NCBI GenBank assembly: GCA_964016885.1
Contig: OZ024740.1
Span: forward strand, 433,628,001 to 433,692,000
Reading direction: 5' to 3'
DNA from: Eledone cirrhosa
Lineage: Eukaryota
DNA length: 64,000 bases
The notes under the pieces are model-generated. The model saw nothing but the letters and a program-made list of their open reading frames with translations. It made no database searches and was not told the DNA's origin. Within the stretch, counting starts at the first letter, position 1. Every line of letters begins with the position of its first letter. Below, one piece after another: positions 47,801 to 62,800 of this stretch. The position numbers and the translations under genes are program-made.

Positions 47801-50800
47801 CAGTTGAACACCTAGTGTGTCAGTTGACCACCTAGTGTGTCAGTTGACCACCTAGTGTGTCAGTTGACCACCTAGTGTGTCAGTTGACCACCTAGTGTGT
47901 CAGTTGACCACCAAGTGTGTCACTTGACCACCTAGTGTGTCAGTTGACCACCTAGTGTGTCAGTTGACCACCTAGTGTGTCAGTTGACCACCTAGTGTGT
48001 CAGTTGACCACCAAGTGTGTCAGTTGACCACCTAGTGTGTCAGTTGACCACCTAGTGTGTCAGTTGAACACCTAGTGTGTCAGTTGACCACCTAGTGTGT
48101 CAGTTGAACACCTTGTGTGTCAGTTGAACACCTAGTGTGTCAGTTGACCACCTAGTGTATCAGTTGACCTCCTAATGTGTCAGTTGAACACCTAGTGTGT
48201 CAGTTGAACACCTAGTGTGTCAGTTGAACACCTAGTGTGTCAGTTGAACACCTAGTGTGTCACTTGACCACCAAGTGTGTCAGTTGACCACCTAGTGTCA
48301 GTTGACCACCAAGTGTGTCAGTTGACCACCTAGTGTGTCAGTTGACCACCTAGTGTGTCAGTTGACCACCTAGTGTGTCAGTTGAACACCTTCTGTGTCA
48401 GTTGACCACCTAGTGTGTCAGTTGACCTCCTAATGTGTCAGTTGAACACCTTGTGTGTCAGTTGACCACAAAGTGTGTCAGTTGACCACCTAGTGTGTCA
48501 GTTGACCACCAAGTGTGTCAGTTGACCACCTAGTGTGTCAGTTGACCACCCAGTTTGTCAGTTGAACACCTAGCGTGTCAGTTGACCACATAGTGTCAGT
48601 TGACGACCTAGTGTGTCAGTTGACCACCTAGTGTGTCAGTTGACCACCAAGTGTGTCAGTTGACCACATAGTGTCTCAGTTGACCAGCAAGTGTGTCAGT
48701 TGACCGCCAAGTGTGTCAGTTGACCACCTAGTGTGTCAGTTGACCACCTAGTGTGTCAGTTGACCACCTAGTGTCAGTTGAACACCTAGTGTGTCAGTTG
48801 AACACCTAGTGTGTCAGTTGACCACCAAGTGTGTCAGTTGACCACCTAGTGTCAGTTGACCACCTAGTGTGTCAGTTGAACACCTAGAGTGTCAGTTGAA
48901 CACCTAGTGTGTCAGTTGAACACCTAGTGTGTCAGTTGACCACCTAGTGTGTCAGTTGAACACCTAGTGTGTCAGTTGAACACCTAGTGTGTCAGTTGTA
49001 CACCTAACGTGTCAGTTGACCACCAAGTGTGTCAGTTGACCACCTAGTGTCAGTTGACCACCTAGTGTGTCAGTTGAACACCTAGTGTGTCAGTTGAACA
49101 CCTAGTGTGTCAGTTGACCACCTAGTGTGTCAGTTGAACACCTAGTGTGTCAGTTGAACACCAAGTGTGTCAGTTGACCACCTAGTGTGTCAGTTGACCA
49201 CCTAGTGTGTCAGTTGACCACCAAGTGTGTCACTTGACCACCTAGTGTGTCAGTTGACCACTTAGTGTGTCAGTTGACCATCAAGTGTGTCAGTTGACCA
49301 CCTAGTGTGTCAGTTGACCACCTAGTGTGTCAGTCGACCACCAAGTGTGTCAGTTGACCACCTAGTGTGTCAGTTGACCACCTAGTGTGTCAGTTGAACA
49401 CCTAGTGTGTCAGTTGACCACCTAGTGTGTCAGTTGACCACCTAGTGTATCAGTTGATTTCCTAATGTGTCAGTTGAACACCTAGTGTGTCAGTTGAACA
49501 CCTAGTGTGTCAGTTGAACACCTAGTGTGTCAGTTGACCACCAAGTGTGTCAGTTGACCACCTAGTGTCAGTTGACCACCAAGTGTGTCAGTTGACCACC
49601 TAGTGTGTCAGTTGACCATCTAGTGTGTCAGTTGAACACCTAGTGTGTCAGTTGAACACCTAGTGTGTCGGTTGACCACCTAGTGTATCAGTTGACCTCC
49701 TAATGTGTCAGTTGAACACCTAGTGTGTCAGTTGAACACCTAGTGTGTCAGTTGAACACCTAGTGTGTCAGTTGACCACCAAGTGTGTCAGTTGACCACC
49801 TAGTGTCAGTTGACCACCAAGTGTGTCAGTTGACCACCAAGTGTCAGTTGATCACCTAGTGTGTCAGGTGACCACCTAGTGTGTCAGTTGACCACCTAGT
49901 GTGTCAGTTGACCACCTAGTGTGTCAGTTGACCACCTAGTGGGTCAGTTGACCACCTAGTGGGTCAGTTGACCACCTAGTGTGTCAGGTGACCACCTAGT
50001 GTGTCAGTTGACCACCTAGTGTGTCAGTTGACCACCTACTGTGTCAGTTGACCACCAAGTCTGTCAGTTGACAACCTAGTGTGTCAGTTGACCACCTAGT
50101 GTGTCAGTTGACCACCTACTGTGTCAGTTGACCACCAAGTGTGTCAGTTGACACCAAGTGTGTCAGTTGACCACCAAGTGTCAGTTGACCACCTAGTGTG
50201 TCAGTTGACCACCTAGTGTGTCAGTTGACCACCTAGTGTGTCAGTTGACCACCCAGTGTGTAAGTTGACCACCTACTGTGTCAGTTGACCACCAAGACTG
50301 TCAGTTGACCACCTATTGTGTCAGTTGACCACCTAGTGTGTCAGTTGACCACCTAGTGTGTCAGTTGACCACCTAGTGTGTCAGTTGACCACCTAGTGTG
50401 TCAGTTGACCACCTAGTGTGTCAGCTGACCACCTAGTGTGTCAGTTGAACACCTTGTGTGTCAGTTGACCACCTAGTGTGTCAGTTGACCTCCTAATGTG
50501 TCAGTTGAACACCTAGTGTGTCAGTTGACCACCAATTGTGTCAGTTGACCACCTAATGTGTCAGTTGAACACCTAGTGTGTCAGTTGACCACCTAGTGTG
50601 TCAGTTGACCAACTAGTGTGTCAGTTGAACACCTAGTGTGTCAGTTGACCACCTAGTGTGTCAGTTGACCACCTAGTGTGTCAGTTGATCACCTAGTGTG
50701 TCAGTTGACCACCTAGTGTGTCAGTTGACCACCAAGTGTGTCAGTTGACCACCTAGTGTCTCAGTTGACCAGCAAGTGTGTCAGTTGACCACCAAGTGTG

Positions 50801-53800
50801 TCAGTTGACCACCTAGTGTGTCACTTGACAACCTAGTGTGTCAGTTGACCACCTAGTGTCAGTTGACCACCTAGTGTGTCAGTTGAACACCTCGTATGTC
50901 AGTTGACCACCTAGTGTGTCAGTTGAACACCTAGTGTGTCAGTTGATCACCATGTGTGTGTCAGTTGACCACCTAGTGTGTCAGTTGACCACCTAGTGTC
51001 AGTTGAACACCTAGTGTGTCAGTTGAACACCTTGTGTGTCAGTTGAACACCTAGTGTGTCAGTTGACCTCCTAATGTGTCAGTTGAACACCTAGTGTGTC
51101 AGTTGACCACCTAGTGTGTCAGTTGACCACCAAGTGTGTCAGTTGACCACCTAGTGTGTCAGTTGACCACCTAGTGTGTCAGTTGACCACCTAGTGTGTC
51201 AGTTGACCACCTAGTGTGACAGTTGAACACCTAGTGTCAGTTGAACACCTAGTGTGTCAGTTGACCACCTAGTGTGTCAGTTGACCACATAGTGTGTCAG
51301 TTGACCACCTAGTGTCAGTTGACCACCTAGTGTGTCAGTTGAACACCAAGTGTGTCAGTTGACCACCTAGTGTGTCAGTTGAACACCTAGTGTGTCAGTT
51401 GAACACCTAGTGTGTCAGTTGACCACCTAGTGTGTCAGTTGACCACCTAGTGTGTCAGTTGACCACCTAGTGTCAGTTGAACACCTAGTGTGTCAGTTGA
51501 ACACCTAGTGTGTCAGTTGACCACCTAGTGTGTCAGTTGACCACCTAGTGTGTCAGTTGAACACCTAGTGTGTCAGTTGAACACCTAGTGTGTCAGTTGA
51601 CCACCTAGTGTGTCAGTTGACCACCTAGTGTGTCAGTTGACCACCTAGTGTGTCAGTTGACCACCTAGTCTGTCAGTTGGCCACCTAGTGTGTCAGTTGA
51701 CCTCCTAATGTGTCAGTTGAACACCTAGTGTGTCAGTTGACCACCTAGTGTGTCAGTTGACCACCTAGTGTGTCAGTTGACCACCTAGTGTGTCAGTTGA
51801 CCACCTAGTGTGTCAGTTGACCACCAAGTGTGTCAGTTGACCACCTAGTGTGTCAATTGACCACCTAGTGTGTCAGTTGACCACCAAGTGTGTCACTTGA
51901 CCACCTAGTGTGTCAGTTGACCACCTAGTGTGTCAGTTGACCATCAAGTGTGTCAGTTGACCACCTAGTGTGTCAGTTGACCACCTAGTGTGTCAGTTGA
52001 CCACCTAGTGTGTCAGTTGACCACCAAGTCTGTCAGTTGACCACCTAGTGTGTCAGTTGACCACCTAGTGTGTCAGTTGACCACCTAGTGTGTCAGTTGA
52101 CAAGCTAGTGTGTCAGTTGACCACCTAGTGTCAGTTGACCACCTAGTGTGTCAGTTGAACACCTAGTATGTCAGTTGACCACCTAGTGTGTCAGTTGAAC
52201 ACCTAGTGTGTCAGTTGACCACCATGTGTGTGTCGGTTGACCACCTAGTGTGTCAGTTGACCACCTAGTGTCAGTTGAACACCTAGTGTGTCAGTTGAAC
52301 ACCTTGTGTGTCAGTTGAACACCTAGTGTGTCAGTTGACCTCATAATGTGTCAGTTGAACACCTAGTGTGTCAGTTGACCACCTAGTGTGTCAGTTGACC
52401 ACCAAGTGTGTCAGTTGACCACCTAGTGTGTCAGTTGACCACCTAGTGTGTCAGTTGACCACCTAGTGTGTCAGTTGACCACCTAGTGTGACAGTTGAAC
52501 ACCTAGTGTCAGTTGAACACCTAGTGTGTCAGTTGACCACCTAGTGTGTCAGTTGACCACCTAGTGTGTCAGTTGACCACCTAGTGTCAGTTGACCACCT
52601 AGTGTGTCAGTTGAACACCAAGTGTGTCACTTGACCAGCTAGTGTGTCAGTTGAACACCTAGTGTGTCAGTTGAACACCTAGTGTGTCAGTTGACCACCT
52701 AGTGTGTCAGTTGACCACCTAGTGTGTCAGTTGACCACCTAGTGTCAGTTGAACACCTAGTGTGTCAGTTGAACACCTAGTGTGTCAGTTGACCACCTAG
52801 TGTGTCAGTTGACCAGCTAGTGTGTCAGTTGACCACCTAGTGTGTCAGTTGAACACCTAGTGTGTCAGTTGAACACCTAGTGTGTCAGTTGACCACCTAG
52901 TGTGTCAGTTGACCACCTAGTGTGTCAGTTGACCACCTAGTCTGTCAGTTAAACACTTTGTGTGTCAGTTGACCACCTAGTGTGTCAGTTGACCTCCTAA
53001 TGTGTCAGTTGAACACCTAGTGTGTCAGTTGACCACCTAGTGTGTCAGTTGACCACCTAGTGTGTCAGTTGACCACCAAGTGTGTCACTTGACCACCTAG
53101 TGTGTCAGTTGACCACCTAGTGTGTCAGTTGACCACCTAGTGTGTCAGTTGACCACCTAGTGTGGCAGTTGACCACCAAGTGTGTCAGTTGACCACCTAG
53201 TGTGTCAGTTGACCACCTAGTGTGTCAGCTGAACACCTAGTGTGTCAGTTGACCACCTAGTGTGTCAGTTGAACACCTTGTGTGTCAGTTGAACACCTAG
53301 TGTGTCAGTTGACCACCTAGTGTATCAGTTGACCTCCTAATGTGTCAGTTGAACACCTAGTGTGTCAGTTGAACACCTAGTGTGTCAGTTGAACACCTAG
53401 TGTGTCAGTTGAACACCTAGTGTGTCAGTTGACCACCAAGTGTGTCAGTTGACCACCTAGTGTCAGTTGACCACCAAGTGTGTCAGTTGACCACCTAGTG
53501 TGTCAGTTGACCACCTAGTGTGTCAGTTGAACACCTTCTGTGTCAGTTGACCACCTAGTGTGTCAGTTGACCTCCTAATGTGTCAGTTGAACACCTTGTG
53601 TGTCAGTTGACCACAAAGTGTGTCAGTTGACCACCTAGTGTGTCAGTTGACCACCAAGTGTGTCAGTTGACCACCTAGTGTGTCAGTTGACCACCCAGTT
53701 TGTCAGTTGAACACCTAGCGTGTCAGTTGACCACATAGTGTGTCAGTTGACGACCTAGTGTGTCAGTTGACCACCTAGTGTGTCAGTTGACCACCAAGTG

Positions 53801-56800
53801 TGTCAGTTGACCACATAGTGTCTCAGTTGACCAGCAAGTGTGTCAGTTGACCGCCAAGTGTGTCAGTTGACCACCTAGTGTGTCAGTTGACCACCTAGTG
53901 TGTCAGTTGACCACCTAGTGTCAGTTGAACACCTAGTGTGTCAGTTGAACACCTAGTGTGTCAGTTGAACACCTAGTGTGTCAGATGACCACCTAGTGTG
54001 TCAGTTGACCACCAAGTGTGTCAGTTGACCACCTAGTGTCAGTTGACCACCTAGTGTGTCAGTTGAACACCTAGAGTGTCAGTTGAACACCTAGTGTGTC
54101 AGTTGAACACCTAGTGTGTCAGTTGACCACCTAGTGTGTCAGTTGAACACCTAGTGTGTCAGTTGAACACCTAGTGTCAGTTGTACACCTAACGTGTCAG
54201 TTGACCACCAAGTGTGTCAGTTGACCACCTAGTGTCAGTTGACCACCTAGTGTGTCAGTTGAACACCTAGTGTGTCAGTTGAACACCTAGTGTGTCAGTT
54301 GACCACCTAGTGTGTCAGTTGATCACCTAGTGTGTCAGTTGAACACCAAGTGTGTCAGTTGACCACCTAGTGTGTCAGTTGACCACCAAGTGTGTCAGTT
54401 GACCACCAAGTGTGTCACTTGACCACCTAGTGTGTCAGTTGACCACTTAGTGTGTCAGTTGACCATCAAGTGTGTCAGTTGACCACCTAGTGTGTCAGTT
54501 GACCACCTAGTGTGTCAGTCGACCACCAAGTGTGTCAGTTGACCACCTAGTGTGTCAGTTGACCACCTAGTGTGTCAGTTGAACACCTAGTGTGTCAGTT
54601 GACCACCTAGTGTGTCAGTTGACCACCTAGTGTATCAGTTGACCTCCTAATGTGTCAGTTGAACACCTAGTGTGTCAGTTGAACACCTAGTGTGTCAGTT
54701 GAACACCTAGTGTGTCAGTTGACCACCAAGTGTGTCAGTTGACCACCTAGTGTCAGTTGACCACCAAGTGTGTCAGTTGACCACCTAGTGTGTCAGTTGA
54801 CCATCTAGTGTGTCAGTTGAACACCTAGTGTGTCAGTTGAACACCTAGTGTGTCGGTTGACCACCTAGTGTATCAGTTGACCTCCTAATGTGTCAGTTGA
54901 ACACCTAGTGTGTCAGTTGAACACCTAGTGTGTCAGTTGAACACCTAGTGTGTCAGTTGACCACCAAGTGTGTCAGTTGACCACCTAGTGTCAGTTGACC
55001 ACCAAGTGTGTCAGTTGACCACCAAGTGTCAGTTAATCACCTAGTGTGTCAGGTGACCACCTAGTGTGTCAGTTGACCACCTAGTGTGTCAGTTGACCAC
55101 CTAGTGTGTCAGTTGACCACCTAGTGGGTCAGTTGACCACCTAGTGGGTCAGTTGACCACCTAGTGTGTCAGGTGACCACCTAGTGTGTCAGTTGACCAC
55201 CTAGTGTGTCAGTTGACCACCTACTGTGTCAGTTGACCACCAAGTCTGTCAGTTGACAACCTAGTGTGTCAGTTGACCACCTAGTGTGTCAGTTGACCAC
55301 CTACTGTGTCAGTTGACCACCTACTGTGTCAGTTGACACCAAGTGTGTCAGTTGACCACCAAGTGTCAGTTGACCACCTAGTGTGTCAGTTGACCACCTA
55401 GTGTGTCAGTTAACCACCTAGTGTGTCAGTTGACCACCCAGTGTGTAAGTTGACCACCTACTGTCTCAGTTGACCACCAAGACTGTCAGTTGACCACCTA
55501 TTGTGTCAGTTGACCACCTAGTGTGTCAGTTGACCACCTAGTGTGTCAGTTGACCACCTAGTGTGTCAGTTGACCACCTAGTGTGTCAGTTGACCACCTA
55601 GTGTGTCAGCTGACCACCTAGTGTGTCAGTTGAACACCTTGTGTGTCAGTTGACCACCTAGTGTGTCAGTTGACCTCCTAATGTGTCAGTTGAACACCTA
55701 GTGTGTCAGTTGACCACCAATTGTGTCAGTTGACCACCTAATGTGTCAGTTGAACACCTAGTGTGTCAGTTGACCACCTAGTGTGTCAGTTGACCACCTA
55801 GTGTGTCAGTTGAACACCTAGTGTGTCAGTTGACCACCTAGTGTGTCAGTTGACCACCTAGTGTGTCAGTTGATCACCTAGTGTGTCAGTTGACCACCTA
55901 GTGTGTCAGTTGACCACCAAGTGTGTCAGTTGACCACCTAGTGTCTCAGTTGACCAGCAAGTGTGTCAGTTGACCACCAAGTGTGTCAGTTGACCACCTA
56001 GTGTGTCACTTGACAACCTAGTGTGTCAGTTGACCACCTAGTGTCAGTTGACCACCTAGTGTGTCAGTTGAACACCTCGTATGTCAGTTGACCACCTAGT
56101 GTGTCAGTTGAACACCTAGTGTGTCAGTTGACCACCATGTGTGTGTCAGTTGACCACCTAGTGTGTCAGTTGAACACCTAGTGTCAGTTGAACACCTAGT
56201 GTGTCAGTTGAACACCTAGTGTGTCAGTTGAACACCTAGTGTGTCAGTTGACCACCAAGTGTGTCAGTTGACCACCTAGTGTCAGTTGACCACCAAGTGT
56301 GTCAGTTGACCACCTAGTGTGTCAGTTGACCATCTAGTGTGTCAGTTGAACACCTAGTGTGTCAGTTGAACACCTAGTGTGTCAGTTGTACACCTAACGT
56401 GTCAGTTGACCACCAAGTGTGTCAGTTGACCACCTAGTGTCAGTTGACCACCTAGTGTGTCAGTTGAACACCTAGTGTGTCAGTTGAACACCTAGTGTGT
56501 CAGTTGAACACCTAGTGTGTCAGTTGAACACCAAGTGTGTCAGTTGACCACCTAGTGTGTCAGTTGACCACCTAGTGTGTCAGTTGACCACCAAGTGTGT
56601 CACTTGACCACCTAGTGTGTCAGTTGACCACTTAGTGTGTCAGTTGACCATCAAGTGTGTCAGTTGACCACCTAGTGTGTCAGTTGACCACCTAGTGTGT
56701 CAGTCGACCACCAAGTGTGTCAGTTGACCACCTAGTGTGTCAGTTGACCACCTAGTGTGTCAGTTGAACACCTAGTGTGTCAGTTGACCACCTAGTGTGT

Positions 56801-59800
56801 CAGTTGACCACCTAGTGTATCAGTTGATTTCCTAATGTGTCAGTTGAACACCTAGTGTGTCAGTTGAACACCTAGTGTGTCAGTTGAACACCTAGTGTGT
56901 CAGTTGACCACCAAGTGTGTCAGTTGACCACCTAGTGTCAGTTGACCACCAAGTGTGTCAGTTGACCACCTAGTGTGTCAGTTGACCATCTAGTGTGTCA
57001 GTTGAACACCTAGTGTGTCAGTTGAACACCTAGTGTGTCGGTTGACCACCTAGTGTATCAGTTGACCTCCTAATGTGTCAGTTGAACACCTAGTGTGTCA
57101 GTTGAACACCTAGTGTGTCAGTTGAACACCTAGTGTGTCAGTTGACCACCAAGTGTGTCAGTTGACCACCTAGTGTCAGTTGACCACCAAGTGTGTCAGT
57201 TGACCACCAAGTGTCAGTTGATCACCTAGTGTGTCAGGTGACCACCTAGTGTGTCAGTTGACCACCTAGTGTGTCAGTTGACCACCTAGTGTGTCAGTTG
57301 ACCACCTAGTGGGTCAGTTGACCACCTAGTGGGTCAGTTGACCACCTAGTGTGTCAGGTGACCACCTAGTGTGTCAGTTGACCACCTAGTGTGTCAGTTG
57401 ACCACCTACTGTGTCAGTTGACCACCAAGTCTGTCAGTTGACAACCTAGTGTGTCAGTTGACCACCTAGTGTGTCAGTTGACCACCTACTGTGTCAGTTG
57501 ACCACCAAGTGTGTCAGTTGACACCAAGTGTGTCAGTTGACCACCAAGTGTCAGTTGACCACCTAGTGTGTCAGTTGACCACCTAGTGTGTCAGTTGACC
57601 ACCTAGTGTGTCAGTTGACCACCCAGTGTGTAAGTTGACCACCTACTGTGTCAGTTGACCACCAAGACTGTCAGTTGACCACCTATTGTGTCAGTTGACC
57701 ACCTAGTGTGTCAGTTGACCACCTAGTGTGTCAGTTGACCACCTAGTGTGTCAGTTGACCACCTAGTGTGTCAGTTGACCACCTAGTGTGTCAGCTGACC
57801 ACCTAGTGTGTCAGTTGAACACCTTGTGTGTCAGTTGACCACCTAGTGTGTCAGTTGACCTCCTAATGTGTCAGTTGAACACCTAGTGTGTCAGTTGACC
57901 ACCAATTGTGTCAGTTGACCACCTAATGTGTCAGTTGAACACCTAGTGTGTCAGTTGACCACCTAGTGTGTCAGTTGACCACCTAGTGTGTCAGTTGAAC
58001 ACCTAGTGTGTCAGTTGACCACCTAGTGTGTCAGTTGACCACCTAGTGTGTCAGTTGATCACCTAGTGTGTCAGTTGACCACCTAGTGTGTCAGTTGACC
58101 ACCAAGTGTGTCAGTTGACCACCTAGTGTCTCAGTTGACCAGCAAGTGTGTCAGTTGACCACCAAGTGTGTCAGTTCACCACCTAGTGTGTCACTTGACA
58201 ACCTAGTGTGTCAGTTGACCACCTAGTGTCAGTTGACCACCTAGTGTGTCAGTTGAACACCTCGTATGTCAGTTGACCACCTAGTGTGTCAGTTGAACAC
58301 CTAGTGTGTCAGTTGACCACCATGTGTGTGTCAGTTGACCACCTAGTGTGTCAGTTGACCACCTAGTGTCAGTTGAACACCTAGTGTGTCAGTTGAACAC
58401 CTAGTGTGTCAGTTGACCTCCTAATGTGTCAGTTGAACACCTAGTGTGTCAGTTGACCACCTAGTGTGTCAGTTGACCACCAAGTGTGTCAGTTGACCAC
58501 CTAGTGTGTCAGTTGACCACCTAGTGTGTCAGTTGACTACCTAGTGTGTCAGTTGACCACCTAGTGTGACAGTTGAACACCTAGTGTCAGTTGAACACCT
58601 AGTGTGTCAGTTGACCACCTAGTGTGTCAGTTGACCACATAGTGTGTCAGTTGACCACCTAGTGTCAGTTGACCACCTAGTGTGTCAGTTGAACACCAAG
58701 TGTGTCAGTTGACCACCTAGTGTGTCAGTTGAACACCTAGTGTGTCAGTTGAACACCTAGTGTGTCAGTTGACCACCTAGTGTGTCAGTTGACCACCTAG
58801 TGTGTCAGTTGACCACCTAGTGTCAGTTGAACACCTAGTGTGTCAGTTGAACACCTAGTGTGTCAGTTGACCACCTAGTGTGTCAGTTGACCACCTAGTG
58901 TGTCAGTTGAACACCTAGTGTGTCAGTTGAACACCTAGTGTGTCAGTTGACCACCTAGTGTGTCAGTTGACCACCTAGTGTGTCAGTTGACCACCTAGTG
59001 TGTCAGTTGACCACCTAGTCTGTCAGTTGACCACCTAGTGTGTCAGTTGACCTCCTAATGTGTCAGTTGAACACCTAGTGTGTCAGTTGACCACCTAGTG
59101 TGTCAGTTGACCACCAAGTGTGTCAGTTGACCACCTAGTGTGTCAATTGACCACCTAGTGTGTCAGTTGACCCCCAAGTGTGTCACTTGACCACCTAGTG
59201 TGTCAGTTGACCACCTAGTGTGTCAGTTGACCATCAAGTGTGTCAGTTGACCACCTAGTGTGTCAGTTGACCACCTAGTGTGTCAGTTGACCACCTAGTG
59301 TGTCAGTTGACCACCAAGTCTGTCAGTTGACCACCTAGTGTGTCAGTTGACCACCTAGTGTGTCAGTTGACCACCTAGTGTGTCAGTTGACAAGCTAGTG
59401 TGTCAGTTGACCACCTAGTGTCAGTTGACCACCTAGTGTGTCAGTTGAACACCTAGTATGTCAGTTGACCACCTAGTGTGTCAGTTGAACACCTAGTGTG
59501 TCAGTTGACCACCATGTGTGTGTCGGTTGACCACCTAGTGTGTCAGTTGACCACCTAGTGTCAGTTGAACACCTAGTGTGTCAGTTGAACACCTTGTGTG
59601 TCAGTTGAACACCTAGTGTGTCAGTTGACCTCATAATGTGTCAGTTGAACACCTAGTGTGTCAGTTGACCACCTAGTGTGTCAGTTGACCACCAAGTGTG
59701 TCAGTTGACCACCTAGTGTGTCAGTTGACCACCTAGTGTGTCAGTTGACCACCTAGTGTGTCAGTTGACCACCTAGTGTGACAGTTGAACACCTAGTGTC

Positions 59801-62800
59801 AGTTGAACACCTAGTGTGTCAGTTGACCACCTAGTGTGTCAGTTGACCACCTAGTGTGTCAGTTGACCACCTAGTGTCAGTTGACCACCTAGTGTGTCAG
59901 TTGAACACCAAGTGTGTCAGTTGACCAGCTAGTGTGTCAGTTGAACACCTAGTGTGTCAGTTGAACACCTAGTGTGTCAGTTGACCACCTAGTGTGTCAG
60001 TTGACCACCTAGTGTGTCAGTTGACCACCTAGTGTCAGTTGAACACCTAGTGTGTCAGTTGAACACCTAGTGTGTCAGTTGACCACCTAGTGTGTCAGTT
60101 GACCAGCTAGTGTGTCAGTTGACCACCTAGTGTGTCAGTTGAACACCTAGTGTGTCAGTTGAACACCTAGTGTGTCAGTTGACCACCTAGTGTGTCAGTT
60201 GACCACCTAGTGTGTCAGTTGACCACCTAGTCTGTCAGTTAAACACTTTGTGTGTCAGTTGACCACCTAGTGTGTCAGTTGACCTCCTAATGTGTCAGTT
60301 GAACACCTAGTGTGTCAGTTGACCACCTAGTGTGTCAGTTGACCACCTAGTGTGTCAGTTGACCACCAAGTGTGTCACTTGACCACCTAGTGTGTCAGTT
60401 GACCACCTAGTGTGTCAGTTGACCACCTAGTTTTTCAGTTGACCACCTAGTGTGGCAGTTGACCACCAAGTGTGTCAGTTGACCACCTAGTGTGTCAGTT
60501 GACCACCTAGTGTGTCAGTTGAACACCTAGTGTGTCAGTTGACCACCTAGTGTGTCAGTTGAACACCTTGTGTGTCAGTTGAACACCTAGTGTGTCAGTT
60601 GACCACCTAGTGTATCAGTTGACCTCCTAATGTGTCAGTTGAACACCTAGTGTGTCAGTTGAACACCTAGTGTGTCAGTTGAACACCTAGTGTGTCAGTT
60701 GAACACCTAGTGTGTCAGTTGAACACCTTCTGTGTCAGTTGACCACCTAGTGTGTCAGTTGACCTCCTAATGTGTCAGTTGAACACCTTGTGTGTCAGTT
60801 GACCACAAAGTGTGTCAGTTGACCACCTAGTGTGTCAGTTGACCACCAAGTGTGTCAGTTGACCACCTAGTGTGTCAGTTGACCACCCAGTTTGTCAGTT
60901 GAACACCTAGCGTGTCAGTTGACCACATAGTGTGTCAGTTGACGACCTAGTGTGTCAGTTGACCACCTAGTGTGTCAGTTGACCACCAAGTGTGTCAGTT
61001 GACCACATAGTGTCTCAGTTGACCAGCAAGTGTGTCAGTTGACCGCCAAGTGTGTCAGTTGACCACCTAGTGTGTCAGTTGACCACCTAGTGTGTCAGTT
61101 GACCACCTAGTGTCAGTTGAACACCTAGTGTGTCAGTTGAACACCTAGTGTGTCAGTTGAACACCTAGTGTGTCAGATGACCACCTAGTGTGTCAGTTGA
61201 CCACCAAGTGTGTCAGTTGACCACCTAGTGTCAGTTGACCACCTAGTGTGTCAGTTGAACACCTAGAGTGTCAGTTGAACACCTAGTGTGTCAGTTGAAC
61301 ACCTAGTGTGTCAGTTGACCACCTAGTGTGTCAGTTGAACACCTAGTGTGTCAGTTGAACACCTAGTGTCAGTTGTACACCTAACGTGTCAGTTGACCAC
61401 CAAGTGTGTCAGTTGACCACCTAGTGTCAGTTGACCACCTAGTGTGTCAGTTGAACACCTAGTGTGTCAGTTGAACACCTAGTGTGTCAGTTGACCACCT
61501 AGTGTGTCAGTTGAACACCTAGTGTGTCAGTTGAACACCAAGTGTGTCAGTTGACCACCTAGTGTGTCAGTTGACCACCAAGTGTGTCAGTTGACCACCA
61601 AGTGTGTCACTTGACCACCTAGTGTGTCAGTTGACCACTTAGTGTGTCAGTTGACCATCAAGTGTGTCAGTTGACCACCTAGTGTGTCAGTTGACCACCT
61701 AGTGTGTCAGTCGACCACCAAGTGTGTCAGTTGACCACCTAGTGTGTCAGTTGACCACCTAGTGTGTCAGTTGAACACCTAGTGTGTCAGTTGACCACCT
61801 AGTGTGTCAGTTGACCACCTAGTGTATCAGTTGACCTCCTAATGTGTCAGTTGAACACCTAGTGTGTCAGTTGAACACCTAGTGTGTCAGTTGAACACCT
61901 AGTGTGTCAGTTGACCACCAAGTGTGTCAGTTGACCACCTAGTGTCAGTTGACCACCAAGTGTGTCAGTTGACCACCTAGTGTGTCAGTTGACCATCTAG
62001 TGTGTCAGTTGAACACCTAGTGTGTCAGTTGAACACCTAGTGTGTCGGTTGACCACCTAGTGTATCAGTTGACCTCCTAATGTGTCAGTTGAACACCTAG
62101 TGTGTCAGTTGAACACCTAGTGTGTCAGTTGAACACCTAGTGTGTCAGTTGACCACCAAGTGTGTCAGTTGACCACCTAGTGTCAGTTGACCACCAAGTG
62201 TGTCAGTTGACCACCAAGTATCAGTTGATCACCTAGTGTGTCAGGTGACCACCTAGTGTGTCAGTTGACCACCTAGTGTGTCAGTTGACCACCTAGTGTG
62301 TCAGTTGACCACCTAGTGGGTCAGTTGACCACCTAGTGGGTCAGTTGACCACCTAGTGTGTCAGGTGACCACCTAGTGTGTCAGTTGACCACCTAGTGTG
62401 TCAGTTGACCACCTACTGTGTCAGTTGACCACCAAGTCTGTCAGTTGACAACCTAGTGTGTCAGTTGACCACCTAGTGTGTCAGTTGACCACCTACTGTG
62501 TCAGTTGACCACCAAGTGTGTCAGTTGACACCAAGTGTGTCAGTTGACCACCAAGTGTCAGTTGACCACCTAGTGTGTCAGTTGACCACCTAGTGTGTCA
62601 GTTAACCACCTAGTGTGTCAGTTGACCACCCAGTGTGTAAGTTGACCACCTACTGTGTCAGTTGACCACCAAGACTGTCAGTTGACCACCTATTGTGTCA
62701 GTTGACCACCTAGTGTGTCAGTTGACCACCTAGTGTGTCAGTTGACCACCTAGTGTGTCAGTTGACCACCTAGTGTGTCAGTTGACCACCTAGTGTGTCA